From: a virus
DNA: 49,111 nt
Reading direction: 5' to 3' (one strand)
Virus genome (UHGV): UHGV-0204897
This document shows, piece after piece, positions 1 through 8,394 of this stretch. Position numbers and translations under genes: made by a program. Positions within the stretch are counted from its first letter, which is position 1, and each line of letters starts with the position of its first letter. The notes under the pieces were generated by a model, which did not search any database, had not been told where the DNA came from, and saw nothing but the letters and a program-made list of their open reading frames with translations.

Positions 1-3
1 ATC

Positions 4-402
4 ATGCCCGTAAAAGGTATCAAGCGTGTTCAGATGAACACCCGCAAGGTGCTGAGTGATATCGCTGGCATCCGAACGGAGAAGGTTCTCTATGAAGTCA
101 TGAATGCCGGGGCCAACCATGCGGCGTTGATTACTCCGGTTGCGAAAACATCAGTTCTCATCAACAGCCAATACAAAAAACTCGAACCAATGCCATCAGG
201 AATGATTGGGCGGGTGGGGTATGCGGCTAACTATGCCGCCGCAGTTAATGCCGCAAGGGGCAAGCTGAAAGGCAAGCCAAGGCCAGACGGCAGCGGAAAT
301 TACTGGGATCCAGATGGCGAACCGGACTTCCTCCGCAAAGGCTTTGAGCGCGACGGCCTCAACGAGATTAAGGCCATCATCAAGCAAGGGTACAAAGTAT
401 GA
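4..402 (+). CDS. Tail completion / head-tail joining protein (HK97 gp10-like or lambda Z-like position). Its RBS 'gagggg' is supplied by the last bases of the window, so the window is circularly contiguous.
   Basis: 132 aa ORF sitting two genes upstream of the major tail protein. Family assignment rests on position and size only. Confidence 0.45.
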   Translation: MPVKGIKRVQMNTRKVLSDIAGIRTEKVLYEVMNAGANHAALITPVAKTSVLINSQYKKLEPMPSGMIGRVGYAANYAAAVNAARGKLKGKPRPDGSGNYWDPDGEPDFLRKGFERDGLNEIKAIIKQGYKV

Positions 403-785
403 CGCGTAGCGAAGTGTATGACGCGCTGAGAGCGTGGTTGCAGTCGCATGGCTTTGATGTTGGTTATCGCGTCCAGAAGCGATTCTGGAATGAATTGGAG
501 AATACCGAGGGGGAAAGATACCTTGTCATCCAGCAGAGCGGTGGCGGAAAGCCAGAAGAAGCGATAACCCGCGATTATTTCCGCATCCTCCTCCTGTCAG
601 GCCAGAACGACAGCAACATTAACGAGATTGAAGATCGCGCCGACGCCATCCGCCAGGCGATGATCGACGACTACAAAAGCGAATGCATCATTTCGATGCA
701 GCCAATAGGCGGCATCACCGCCATCCAGACCGAAGAAGGTCGTTACCTCTTCGACATTTCCTTTCAAACCATCATTTCCAGATAA
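399..785 (+). CDS. Tail terminator-like protein (lambda U position)
   Basis: 128 aa ORF immediately upstream of the major tail protein, and it overlaps the previous gene by 4 nt (translational coupling). Confidence 0.4.
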   Translation: MTRSEVYDALRAWLQSHGFDVGYRVQKRFWNELENTEGERYLVIQQSGGGKPEEAITRDYFRILLLSGQNDSNINEIEDRADAIRQAMIDDYKSECIISMQPIGGITAIQTEEGRYLFDISFQTIISR

Positions 786-802
786 CACGGAGATAAATCA
801 CT

Positions 803-1537
803 ATGGCGTGTGAATCGGGCGCTTTTACCGGGCGCGACGTCGTCGTTTATTACGCGATTGGATGCCCTGAAGTACAACCCACCGCCAGCGCTTACCGCCG
901 ACTCGGCATGATGCGCGGCAAAACAGTAAATGCAGAGTGGGAAACCGCAGATGCGACCGGCGACATGAGCGCTGCATTTACGCAAGAGAACCTCGTTACT
1001 TACAAGAACATTTCGTTCTCTGGTGACGGTGTGACCCGCAAAGAGGATGTTTATGCGCAGAACGCGCTTAAGCGTCACGTCTACAACCCGCCAGCAGAGA
1101 CCAGCAACCAGCCGTATGTATGGTTCAAGATCATCTCTCCGAACGATATCACCGAAGGGCCGTTCATGGTGACATCATGGGGCGATGAGGCGCCGCACGA
1201 CGACGTTGCCACCTGGTCTGTCGAAGCGTCCAGTGCCGGTCAGGTTGACGTGCGCGACGTTGGTGCAACTATCACCATCACTACCCAGCCACAGAATCGC
1301 ACGCTGACCGTTGGCGATACGCTGAACCTGTCGGTGGCTGCGACTGTGTCTGGCAATTCAGCACTGACTTACCAGTGGAAGAAGGGGGGTAGTGACGTCT
1401 CTGGCGCAACATCAGCAACATTCACCAAAGCAAACGTGGCTGCGGGTGATGCCGGATCATACAGTTGTCAGGTGTCTTCCTCCACAGCGGGCAGCGTGAT
1501 GTCCGGGTCTGCTACGGTTGTTGTCAACGCAGCGTGA
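803..1537 (+). CDS. V: Major tail protein with a C-terminal Ig-like (Big_2-type) domain
   Basis: RBS 'ggaga' precedes the ATG at 803. The C-terminal ~90 aa are Thr/Ser/Val-rich (TITITTQPQNRTLTVGDTLNLSVAA...YQWKKGGSDVSGATSATF...SYSCQV), typical of Ig-like domains on lambda gpV-type tail tubes. A strong terminator follows. Confidence 0.75.
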   Translation: MACESGAFTGRDVVVYYAIGCPEVQPTASAYRRLGMMRGKTVNAEWETADATGDMSAAFTQENLVTYKNISFSGDGVTRKEDVYAQNALKRHVYNPPAETSNQPYVWFKIISPNDITEGPFMVTSWGDEAPHDDVATWSVEASSAGQVDVRDVGATITITTQPQNRTLTVGDTLNLSVAATVSGNSALTYQWKKGGSDVSGATSATFTKANVAAGDAGSYSCQVSSSTAGSVMSGSATVVVNAA

Positions 1538-1542
1538 TATCA

Positions 1543-1566
1543 GGGGCTTCGGCCCCTTTTTTTGAG
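1543..1566 (+). terminator. Rho-independent terminator after the major tail gene
   Basis: Hairpin 'aggggcttcggcccct' followed by T8. Confidence 0.7.
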
Positions 1567-1573
1567 AGGTTTC

Positions 1574-2227
1574 ATGAAAGCAATAACCGATATCGGCCAG
1601 GCCGTTGTCCGCGCCAGTGGCAAAGAGGTATTCCTCAACCCTTCATTCCTCGCCATGTCTCGTATTGGGTCGCCGGAACAGATTGTTGATGCTTTCGTGA
1701 AGGTTCATGCCGGGCATTACCCGAAACACCGAATCTCCGATACTCAAATCCTGAAGGCGGCCAATGCCCGATGCTTTGCTGAAATGGCCGCATCGGCGGC
1801 AAACGTAGTACGGCATTGCTCTGAGGGTGATGTTGCAGAGTTGATTGGTTCGTACTCGGTGAACGCGGCAGGGCGACTGCTGTTCAAGCCTGGGGCTATC
1901 CCGATCGAGGATGTTATCCAGATTGCCCGCCACCTGATTCTGCATGGCGTAATGGGCGATCAGCCGCCGGAGGATTTCGAAGGAAAAAAAGGCGAATACA
2001 GTGACAAATTCGATGTACGGTCATTCGTCTACACCGCTGTTGCTCACCTCGGTATGAGTGAGTCGGATGCCTGGAACATGACAATGACCAGCTTCCGAGC
2101 TGCCATGAATGCCAAGTTCCCGCAGAAAGAGAAAGCCAGGGTGCCAACCCAGGAGAAATACGACGAGGTTATGGACTGGGCCGAGCAAATGCTGGCTATC
2201 GACGCGCAACGGAACGGACCGCATTAA
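1574..2227 (+). CDS. Tail assembly chaperone-like protein (gpG/GT position)
   Basis: Sits between the major tail protein and the downstream tape measure. ATG at 1574 follows RBS 'gagagg'. An A7 run (1983-1989) lies about 137 codons in. Function inferred from synteny only. Confidence 0.4.
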   Translation: MKAITDIGQAVVRASGKEVFLNPSFLAMSRIGSPEQIVDAFVKVHAGHYPKHRISDTQILKAANARCFAEMAASAANVVRHCSEGDVAELIGSYSVNAAGRLLFKPGAIPIEDVIQIARHLILHGVMGDQPPEDFEGKKGEYSDKFDVRSFVYTAVAHLGMSESDAWNMTMTSFRAAMNAKFPQKEKARVPTQEKYDEVMDWAEQMLAIDAQRNGPH

Positions 2228-2249
2228 CCATATATATGAGGAAAAGGTA

Positions 2250-2474
2250 ATGAAGCGAGTAAAAGTTGAATTCTCATCCGGTGGCATTGTTCTCAATAAT
2301 GCTGAGTTTCAGGTGTTGCAGGGTGATCGCGTACTGATTGAGGACTCTTTATCAGGGAAGATTTCTGGTGTGTTCATCCGTAATTACGATGTAAGCGCTG
2401 ATGGCGGCCCTGTGTCGTGTCGGTTCACTAAAGGTGATATCCCAGGCTTGAATGTGACTGCGACTCTATGCTGA
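2250..2474 (+). CDS. Hypothetical protein (74 aa)
   Basis: ATG preceded by RBS 'gaggaaaagg'. Lies in the +1 frame relative to the upstream chaperone-like ORF. Confidence 0.4.
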   Translation: MKRVKVEFSSGGIVLNNAEFQVLQGDRVLIEDSLSGKISGVFIRNYDVSADGGPVSCRFTKGDIPGLNVTATLC

Positions 2475-2542
2475 GCCAATGATCCTTGCCTTACCCATTA
2501 GCGGAGAAATAACATGCAACCTGGTTAACCAAGGAGATATGC

Positions 2543-2764
2543 ATGTTTGTAGCAGATGGATTGAAAGTAGACCCGGATAACAAAGGGTGGGTCTTGGGTT
2601 GGGGCGTGGTGCGCACTTCGCCCTGGCACCTTGTCGGTGTATATGCCACAAAAGATGTTGCTGAAACGAAAGCTGCCAATTTAGGCGTCGGGTACGATGC
2701 CGCTTACGGTAGCCATCGCGTTGGCAGCGATGACTTTGTGACCGGCACGCGTTTTCTGGAGTAA
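2543..2764 (+). CDS. Hypothetical protein (73 aa)
   Basis: RBS 'aaggagat' sits 4 nt before the ATG, and a terminator follows. Confidence 0.45.
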   Translation: MFVADGLKVDPDNKGWVLGWGVVRTSPWHLVGVYATKDVAETKAANLGVGYDAAYGSHRVGSDDFVTGTRFLE

Positions 2765-2769
2765 AGGTT

Positions 2770-2793
2770 AAGCCCACTCAGGTGGGCTTTTTG
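2770..2793 (+). terminator. Rho-independent terminator
   Basis: Hairpin 'aagcccac tcag gtgggctt' followed by TTTTT. Confidence 0.7.
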
Positions 2794-2918
2794 CATTTAG
2801 TGCTATCAACACATCTTCATATCTATTCATATTACCTGAGGGGTAATTTCTTCAGTTGTGACCCTATCTTTACGCACCAACCAGCGTTTTAATCACGCCA
2901 GTAGGTGCTCTTTAACAA

Positions 2919-3218
2919 TTATTTCTTCTTTTTGCCGCTGAGGTAATCGTTGGCTTCCATCATCAAAACCCTGGCAAGATTCAAAGCTGCTTTGAATTCA
3001 GGTGAGCTTTCATCCTTGTAGTTTTCACCAATTGATGGCTGATCTGGTAAAAGCGTTATCCCCTTACCATCGCTATCTAGCGCATCCTGAAGTATCTGAA
3101 CTATCTCAGAGTTCATAGACCTGCCATTAGTCTTGGCGCGTTCGGCTATGGCGTCGCGCATCCCGTCAGGGAGGCGGAGGTTAAATTTATCCTGCAACTG
3201 GCTTGGGTACTTCGTCAT
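2919..3218 (-). CDS. mnt: Mnt-like ribbon-helix-helix repressor (Arc/MetJ family)
   Basis: N-terminus MTKYPSQLQDKFNLRLPDGMRDAIAERAKTNGRSMNSEIVQILQDAL is almost identical to the P22 Mnt RHH segment (...NGRSMNSELLQIVQDAL). It is divergent from an arc/ant-like pair. Confidence 0.7.
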   Translation of the reverse strand: MTKYPSQLQDKFNLRLPDGMRDAIAERAKTNGRSMNSEIVQILQDALDSDGKGITLLPDQPSIGENYKDESSPEFKAALNLARVLMMEANDYLSGKKKK

Positions 3219-3326
3219 GGCGCATCTCATGATACAAATTTTTATCATAATAGGATTAACTTGACACCATGAGCAATGGTGTTAAATTAATACCACTAGT
3301 GTCAAATTAATCCCAAAGGAGGGGCG
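3219..3326. promoter_or_regulatory. Divergent promoter/operator region of the immI-like module
   Basis: Inverted repeat TGACACCAT-N5-ATGGTGTTA (3262-3284) and palindrome CACTAGTG (3294-3301). Rightward -35 TTGACA (3261-3266) with -10 TAAATT (3283-3288) at 16-bp spacing, so the repeat overlaps the promoter. Confidence 0.45.
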
Positions 3327-3494
3327 ATGCAAAGCAATACGAAGAATGAAGCGAAACTCACTTTACGCTATCCGCAGGAAGTGAAAGATGCATTCAAGAA
3401 GATCGCAAGGGAAGAAGGGCTTTCTGAGAATTCCGCACTGGTACAGGCTTTGGTCTGGGCTTTGAAGTTTCGGGAAGGAATGAATGCACGCTAA
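3327..3494 (+). CDS. arc: Arc-like ribbon-helix-helix repressor (55 aa)
   Basis: RBS 'aaggagggg', then MQSNTKNEAKLTLRYPQEVKDAFKKIAREEGLSENSALVQAL, which resembles P22 Arc (PQFNLRWPREVLDLVRKVAEENGRSVNSEIYQRV). It overlaps the downstream antirepressor start. Too short to appear in the ORF track. Confidence 0.6.
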   Translation: MQSNTKNEAKLTLRYPQEVKDAFKKIAREEGLSENSALVQALVWALKFREGMNAR

Positions 3495-4197
3495 AAACGA
3501 CGAAGCCCAGAAGTGCGCTAACACTCTGGGCCTCTTATCGAACAAATCCGGCAAGGAATCTATCGACATGAACAGTGTACATAACAACGAATTAACTTTC
3601 CAGCAGACAGAGTTTCACCCGGTATCACATGCGGGTGAAACATGGCTCACTTCATCTGAATTGGCAGCAGCCCTGGGTTACAAGAAATCAGATGCCGTTA
3701 CCCAGATATTCAGTCGGTATCACGATGAATTTACTGAACATATGTCAACGACCCTCAAAATGAGTGTCGTTAGAAAGACTGGTGCTGTTGATATTCCGGT
3801 TCGTGTTTTTTCGCTTCGCGGATCTCACTTAATTGCGATGTTCGCTACCACCCCGAAGGCCAAAGAGTTCCGCCGCTGGGTGCTGGATGTCCTCGACCGC
3901 GAGGTGGCGCAATCTCCAATCGCGAAGCAGTTCACCGACGATGAATTATGCACCCTGGCATATCTTTGGCGTTCGGCTGCGGTGATGTACGAGGCGTGCC
4001 GAGAAGTACATCCTCTACTGTTGGTTGCCGAGCATCGACTGGTTCCTCGGTTTAGCTCTATTGGCACAAATTACAACAGGGGGATCAATAAGGCTCGCGC
4101 CATTCTTAAGCGCGAAACAGATCACATCAAAGAACAACCATGGGGAGATAGTGACTGGAAAAACGTCTTCTCATACGGGAAAGGAATTTTGCAGTGA
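3484..4197 (+). CDS. ant: Phage antirepressor (Ant/Rha/Bro-N-like N-terminal domain)
   Basis: Follows arc in a P22 immI-like arrangement. Motifs ETWLTSSELAAALGYKKSDAVTQIFSRYHDEF and RGSHLIAMFATTPKAKEFRRWVLDVL are typical of antirepressor N-domains. An alternative start is M29 at 3568. Confidence 0.6.
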   Translation: MHAKNDEAQKCANTLGLLSNKSGKESIDMNSVHNNELTFQQTEFHPVSHAGETWLTSSELAAALGYKKSDAVTQIFSRYHDEFTEHMSTTLKMSVVRKTGAVDIPVRVFSLRGSHLIAMFATTPKAKEFRRWVLDVLDREVAQSPIAKQFTDDELCTLAYLWRSAAVMYEACREVHPLLLVAEHRLVPRFSSIGTNYNRGINKARAILKRETDHIKEQPWGDSDWKNVFSYGKGILQ

Positions 4198-5015
4198 TGC
4201 AAATAGAAAAGCCGACAGTTCGCACCTGCCGGCTTCCATTGAAACTTGTCAAAAGGATCCAACCAATGACAAAAGTAAGTTTACCAGGTAACGGGCATCT
4301 CGTCGAGAAAACCATTGATAGTCAGTATCTGCTGGAGATGGTCAATGACGCCCGTAAGCAGTGCGGTGAGAAGATGGTGCGCAACAATGACTTTGTTGAG
4401 CGCATCAAAGACGAGTTGGAAGGGGAGTTTTACGAAACTTTCGTAAAACCTGCCGGAAAGTCTGGCGGTCGTCCTGTCGAGGTCATCGGCATGTCCATCA
4501 AGCAGGCTCTCCGCGTGGCCGCCCGCGAATCGAAAGCTGTTCGTCGCTCTTTGGTCGATAAGCTGGAAGATATGCAGGCGCTCCCGGTAATGCCGAAAAG
4601 TAATACCGGTATCACCGAATACCGCCTGGCAAAAGCGGATCAGTTGAAAGCCCAGGCACTGGAGAAAAATATCGCCAGCGCCCGTGAGATTATGTCTCTT
4701 CTTCCTCGCCTGGATCCGATGGCTCACCAGACGCTGGCGGCATCACTGATTAACCCTCTGATTGGTTACGACGCAATCCCGCTGCCAGTGATTGAGGAGC
4801 ATTACCACACCGCCGGGGAAGTTGGTGAAATGCTTGGTGTATCAGCTCAGAAGATTGGGCGCGTAGCAAACGCAAACAACCTTAAAACTGAGCGGAATGG
4901 TAAGTTCTTCCTGGACAAATCCGCACACTCCAATAAGCAGGTTGAAGCGTTCCGCTACAACGCCGAAGGCGTGAAAACTCTTCGTCATCTGATCCGTGGA
5001 GCTGACGTGGCGTAG
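4197..5015 (+). CDS. Second antirepressor-like or Rha-family regulatory protein
   Basis: Start overlaps the stop of the upstream gene (TGATG), and an alternative start MTKVSL at 4263 has RBS 'aaaagga'. The C-terminal region resembles antirepressor C-domains. Assignment is tentative. Confidence 0.4.
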   Translation: MQIEKPTVRTCRLPLKLVKRIQPMTKVSLPGNGHLVEKTIDSQYLLEMVNDARKQCGEKMVRNNDFVERIKDELEGEFYETFVKPAGKSGGRPVEVIGMSIKQALRVAARESKAVRRSLVDKLEDMQALPVMPKSNTGITEYRLAKADQLKAQALEKNIASAREIMSLLPRLDPMAHQTLAASLINPLIGYDAIPLPVIEEHYHTAGEVGEMLGVSAQKIGRVANANNLKTERNGKFFLDKSAHSNKQVEAFRYNAEGVKTLRHLIRGADVA

Positions 5016-5043
5016 GTATTTCGATTTCCGCAACACCTTAATT

Positions 5044-5072
5044 CAAACCCGCTTAACTGCGGGTTTTCCTGT
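5044..5072 (+). terminator. Terminator-like hairpin
   Basis: Hairpin 'aacccgc ttaact gcgggtt' followed by 'ttcctgttg'. Confidence 0.45.
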
Positions 5073-5125
5073 TGCGGTGATACCTGATAGGATTTGTCTC
5101 ATCTTTTACTGATGGGGATAGGGAT

Positions 5126-5623
5126 ATGAAGAAGGCGCTTTTGTGGGCTTTAGTCATTGGAACATCGTTTTCTGCAAATGCTGGCGTAGAGAAATTCGGG
5201 TCGTGGATTACCAAGTCAGAGACAAATAAGATGACTGATCAGACTGACTTCGTGGCTATTAATACATCACCGGATATCTACAACAAAGCGGGTTCAAGTC
5301 GTGAGACAAGTCTCGTACTGCGTTGCAGTGACAATAAGACGGAAGTCTATTTATCGTTCAGCGACTATATGGGATCCGATAGCCCAAGAGTAACTATTCG
5401 ACTCGATGGTGGAAAACCAGTTAAGAAGGCCTGGGGTGGTGGGGAGGGCGGTGATGCGGCATTTGCTCCGCAGCCAATACAATTTATAAAGGAATTGGCT
5501 AAACATAAAAAAGTAATATTTGGTTTTGAACCTTACGGAACCACGATGCAAGTAGTTGAATTTGACCTGTCAGAAACAGATAAAGTTATGGAAAATTTAT
5601 CACAGGCTTGTAAGTGGAAATAA
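5126..5623 (+). CDS. Secreted or periplasmic moron protein of unknown function
   Basis: Signal peptide MKKALLWALVIGTSFSANA. AT-rich relative to its neighbours. Has its own RBS and a strong terminator. Carries two Cys residues (C67 and a C-terminal QACKWK). Confidence 0.6.
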   Translation: MKKALLWALVIGTSFSANAGVEKFGSWITKSETNKMTDQTDFVAINTSPDIYNKAGSSRETSLVLRCSDNKTEVYLSFSDYMGSDSPRVTIRLDGGKPVKKAWGGGEGGDAAFAPQPIQFIKELAKHKKVIFGFEPYGTTMQVVEFDLSETDKVMENLSQACKWK

Positions 5624-5641
5624 AAACACTGCCTTAATACA

Positions 5642-5668
5642 AACCCAGCGCTCGCTGGGTTTTTTTTG
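5642..5668 (+). terminator. Rho-independent terminator
   Basis: Hairpin 'aacccagcg ctc gctgggtt' followed by T8. Confidence 0.75.
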
Positions 5669-5683
5669 CCTGGAGAAAGTGAA

Positions 5684-7864
5684 ATGACCCAGAACGTCGG
5701 TGATATTGAATATGTGATCAAAGCCGATACGGCACAGTTGCTGCGTGCTGATAAGCAGGTTGCGACTGTAACTGATAACATGGATGCAGGGTTTAAGAAG
5801 GCCGACAACTCCGCCTCCAAGATGTCCATGGCAATAAGTAAGGTTTCCGCAGCTATTTCTGTTGCTCTGATTGTTGAATGGGGAAGGGCTTTTCTGTCTG
5901 CCGCCGACTCCATGAATCAACTCAACGCGAGGATTGAGAGGCTCACAGGGAGTGCGGATTCTGCATCGAATACAATGCAGGGGTTAAAGCGAATAAGTTC
6001 GGCTACCGGAGGTTCAATTCAGGATACCGCCAGGCTGTGGGAGACTCTCAGCACGGCGTTGCGCGATACCGGTGCATCTAACGGGCAGATCATCCAGCTA
6101 ACCGAAACACTTCAAAAAATAGGAAGTATCGGCGGGTCATCTTCCGATGAAATGGCGAATGCTCTTCGTCAGTTCGGTCAGTCAATTTCATCCGGCACTG
6201 TCCGGGCGGAGGAGTTCAACTCCATCCTTGAGCAAATGCCGGAACTGGCGCGCCAGATTGCCGACGGGATGGGTGTAAGCATCGGAGAGCTTCGTCAGCT
6301 GATGCTGGACGGGAAACTGACAGCAGAAGATGCTCTCAACGCCATTCAGAAGCAAACCAGTTCAGTGAATGCAGAGTTCGATAAACTTCCGCGTACGCTT
6401 TCTCAGGCCAATACCGCGCTGACAAACTCATTTCTTACTATGGTTGATGATATCAACCAGGCCACAGAGGCCAGTAACGGCATGGTTCTGGTTATAGATT
6501 CTCTTGCGGTTGCCATTGGCAGGCTTACCGGGCAGGCCGCCACAGCAAGTCAGCAAATAGCAGACCTCCGCTCTGAGGCTGAGATGTACGCCAGGCGAGC
6601 GCGGACATGGAGTTGGCTTGGTTTTGGTGACTGGCAGAAAGAGAACGAGGATAAATCAGCTCAACTGACAGCTGAAGCTTGGGAGAAGTCATCCAGGGCG
6701 GGGTGGGATGCAGCCCAAAAAGTAGCAAAAAATAGCAAGCCAATAACAATAAAAGCCACCATAGGGTCAGCAGAAAAAACAGGCATCAATAAGGCTAAAG
6801 CAAAGGGAAGCGCCGACGCCGCGGCCGAAGCAATATCAAAGCAACAGGCTGCACTATCCCGCCTCAACACCGGTTATGCCGAGGGTTCTTTGGAGCTGGC
6901 TCAATACGACGCCGTTGTTGCGCTAGGCAATAAAGCAACGGACGAGCAGATCGCCAAGGCAAGGTCTCAGGCCAAGGCGATATGGGAGGTGACCAACGCT
7001 ATTAAGAACCGCGCTCAGGCAGAGCAGGCTAAGCGCTTTACCGATCAGGAGATTGCCGCCAACAAAACCACCCCTGACGCTGTTACCGGCGCTGTGCAAG
7101 ACCCGACGGCTCAAATAGCGCTCCAGGAGCAGCAGAAGCTGGCGGCACTGCAACAGTACCAGCAAATGGGTGTTTTGAGCGTCCAGCAATACGAAGATGC
7201 CAAGACGGCCATTCAGGAGCAGGCAGCAAACGCCAGGAGGAAAATTGCTGTAGATGAGGCCAATGCACAAACTGAGGCGATAGGTTCCATTCTCGGCTCG
7301 GCATCGCAGGGCTTTGACAGCCTGGCGTCAATTATCGAAAACACGTCTGGAAAGAGCAGTGGTGCATATGTTGCCATGTTCGCTGCTGCAAAAGCATTCG
7401 CGATAGCGCAATCAACCCTGAGCCTTAACACGGCGATTATGCAGGCCATGGCGGATCCGACTGCTCTTACGCCAGCACAAAAAATGGCGAACTACGCAGC
7501 CATCGCCTCGGCCGGTGCTTCCCTGCTTTCGAATATTGCAAGTGTCACCATGAGTGGCGGTCGTCGCTACGGCGGTACGGTTTCTGCTGGTAACGCCTAT
7601 CGTGTCAACGAGGATGGCCGTTCTGAAATCTTCCAGACCGCCGGGGGTCAGCAGGCATTCATCCCGAACCAGTCAGGAAAGATTATTCCTGCTGATAAGG
7701 TTGGAGGAGGCGGTGGGGTGGTGCAGCACATCACTTTCGAAATCAACACCACTGGCGGCATAGACGATGCGACCATGGCTAAGATGGCGCAGATGATGAA
7801 GCAGGTTAGCCTCAGCACCATTCGTGATCAGCAGCGCCCTAACGGGTTACTACGGAGGTCATAG
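5684..7864 (+). CDS. H: Tail tape measure protein (lambda gpH-like)
   Basis: About 727 aa and Ala/Gln-rich with coiled-coil character. Sits directly upstream of the gpM, gpL, gpK, gpI and gpJ homologues. RBS 'ggagaaag'. Confidence 0.85.
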   Translation: MTQNVGDIEYVIKADTAQLLRADKQVATVTDNMDAGFKKADNSASKMSMAISKVSAAISVALIVEWGRAFLSAADSMNQLNARIERLTGSADSASNTMQGLKRISSATGGSIQDTARLWETLSTALRDTGASNGQIIQLTETLQKIGSIGGSSSDEMANALRQFGQSISSGTVRAEEFNSILEQMPELARQIADGMGVSIGELRQLMLDGKLTAEDALNAIQKQTSSVNAEFDKLPRTLSQANTALTNSFLTMVDDINQATEASNGMVLVIDSLAVAIGRLTGQAATASQQIADLRSEAEMYARRARTWSWLGFGDWQKENEDKSAQLTAEAWEKSSRAGWDAAQKVAKNSKPITIKATIGSAEKTGINKAKAKGSADAAAEAISKQQAALSRLNTGYAEGSLELAQYDAVVALGNKATDEQIAKARSQAKAIWEVTNAIKNRAQAEQAKRFTDQEIAANKTTPDAVTGAVQDPTAQIALQEQQKLAALQQYQQMGVLSVQQYEDAKTAIQEQAANARRKIAVDEANAQTEAIGSILGSASQGFDSLASIIENTSGKSSGAYVAMFAAAKAFAIAQSTLSLNTAIMQAMADPTALTPAQKMANYAAIASAGASLLSNIASVTMSGGRRYGGTVSAGNAYRVNEDGRSEIFQTAGGQQAFIPNQSGKIIPADKVGGGGGVVQHITFEINTTGGIDDATMAKMAQMMKQVSLSTIRDQQRPNGLLRRS

Positions 7865-8211
7865 TGCCAGAAACATTCACATGGACACCGCAGCGAGCTT
7901 ACCAAGTTGAACGTACCCCAAACGTAGCCGTTGTTAAGCTCGGTGACAGCTACGAGCAGCGACAGGTGAAGGGCATCAATCCACTAATGGATAAATACTC
8001 ACTGACCTTTCGAGGTGTAGGCGGCGCCTGCCAGAGTAATTCTGCCAAGGATGCTGAGGCGTTCCTTAAAGCCAGGGGCGCGGTTGAATCATTCTACTGG
8101 ACCCCATCAGATACCGGAGTCAGGAAGTTGTTTGTCTGCCGCTCATGGAATATGACAAAGACCGGGCCGCTGTTTGAACTGACGGCCACTTTTGAACAAG
8201 TACCACGATAA
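7864..8211 (+). CDS. M: Minor tail protein M
   Basis: GTG start overlaps the tape-measure stop and has RBS 'acggagg'. 115 aa, with gpM size and position. Confidence 0.75.
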   Translation: MPETFTWTPQRAYQVERTPNVAVVKLGDSYEQRQVKGINPLMDKYSLTFRGVGGACQSNSAKDAEAFLKARGAVESFYWTPSDTGVRKLFVCRSWNMTKTGPLFELTATFEQVPR

Positions 8212-8232
8212 GCCGAAAGGCGGGAGACAGTT

Positions 8233-8394
8233 ATGACTTTAGCTGAACGTGTAAAGAGAATTGAGAGCGAATTAAAAGATATTAAATCGCAACTCAATTC
8301 TGGTACCGATTCTAGGAAAACAGCAAAAGCAATGCCCTTATCCAGTCTTGCAAAAGAGGGAGGTATCCCTGGGGGGTTAGTTAAAAAATGTTAA
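8233..8394 (+). CDS. Small hypothetical protein (53 aa), AT-rich
   Basis: RBS 'gggaga'. It is convergent with the aspartic protease gene and overlaps it by 18 nt. Confidence 0.3.
   Translation: MTLAERVKRIESELKDIKSQLNSGTDSRKTAKAMPLSSLAKEGGIPGGLVKKC

Noticed and set aside
2109-2249. N-terminal 47 codons of ORF 2109-2474 (MPSSRRKRKPGCQPRRNTTRL...)
   Set aside because: The Arg/Pro-rich translation is the out-of-frame reading of the upstream gene. The true start is most likely the ATG at 2250, which has an RBS.
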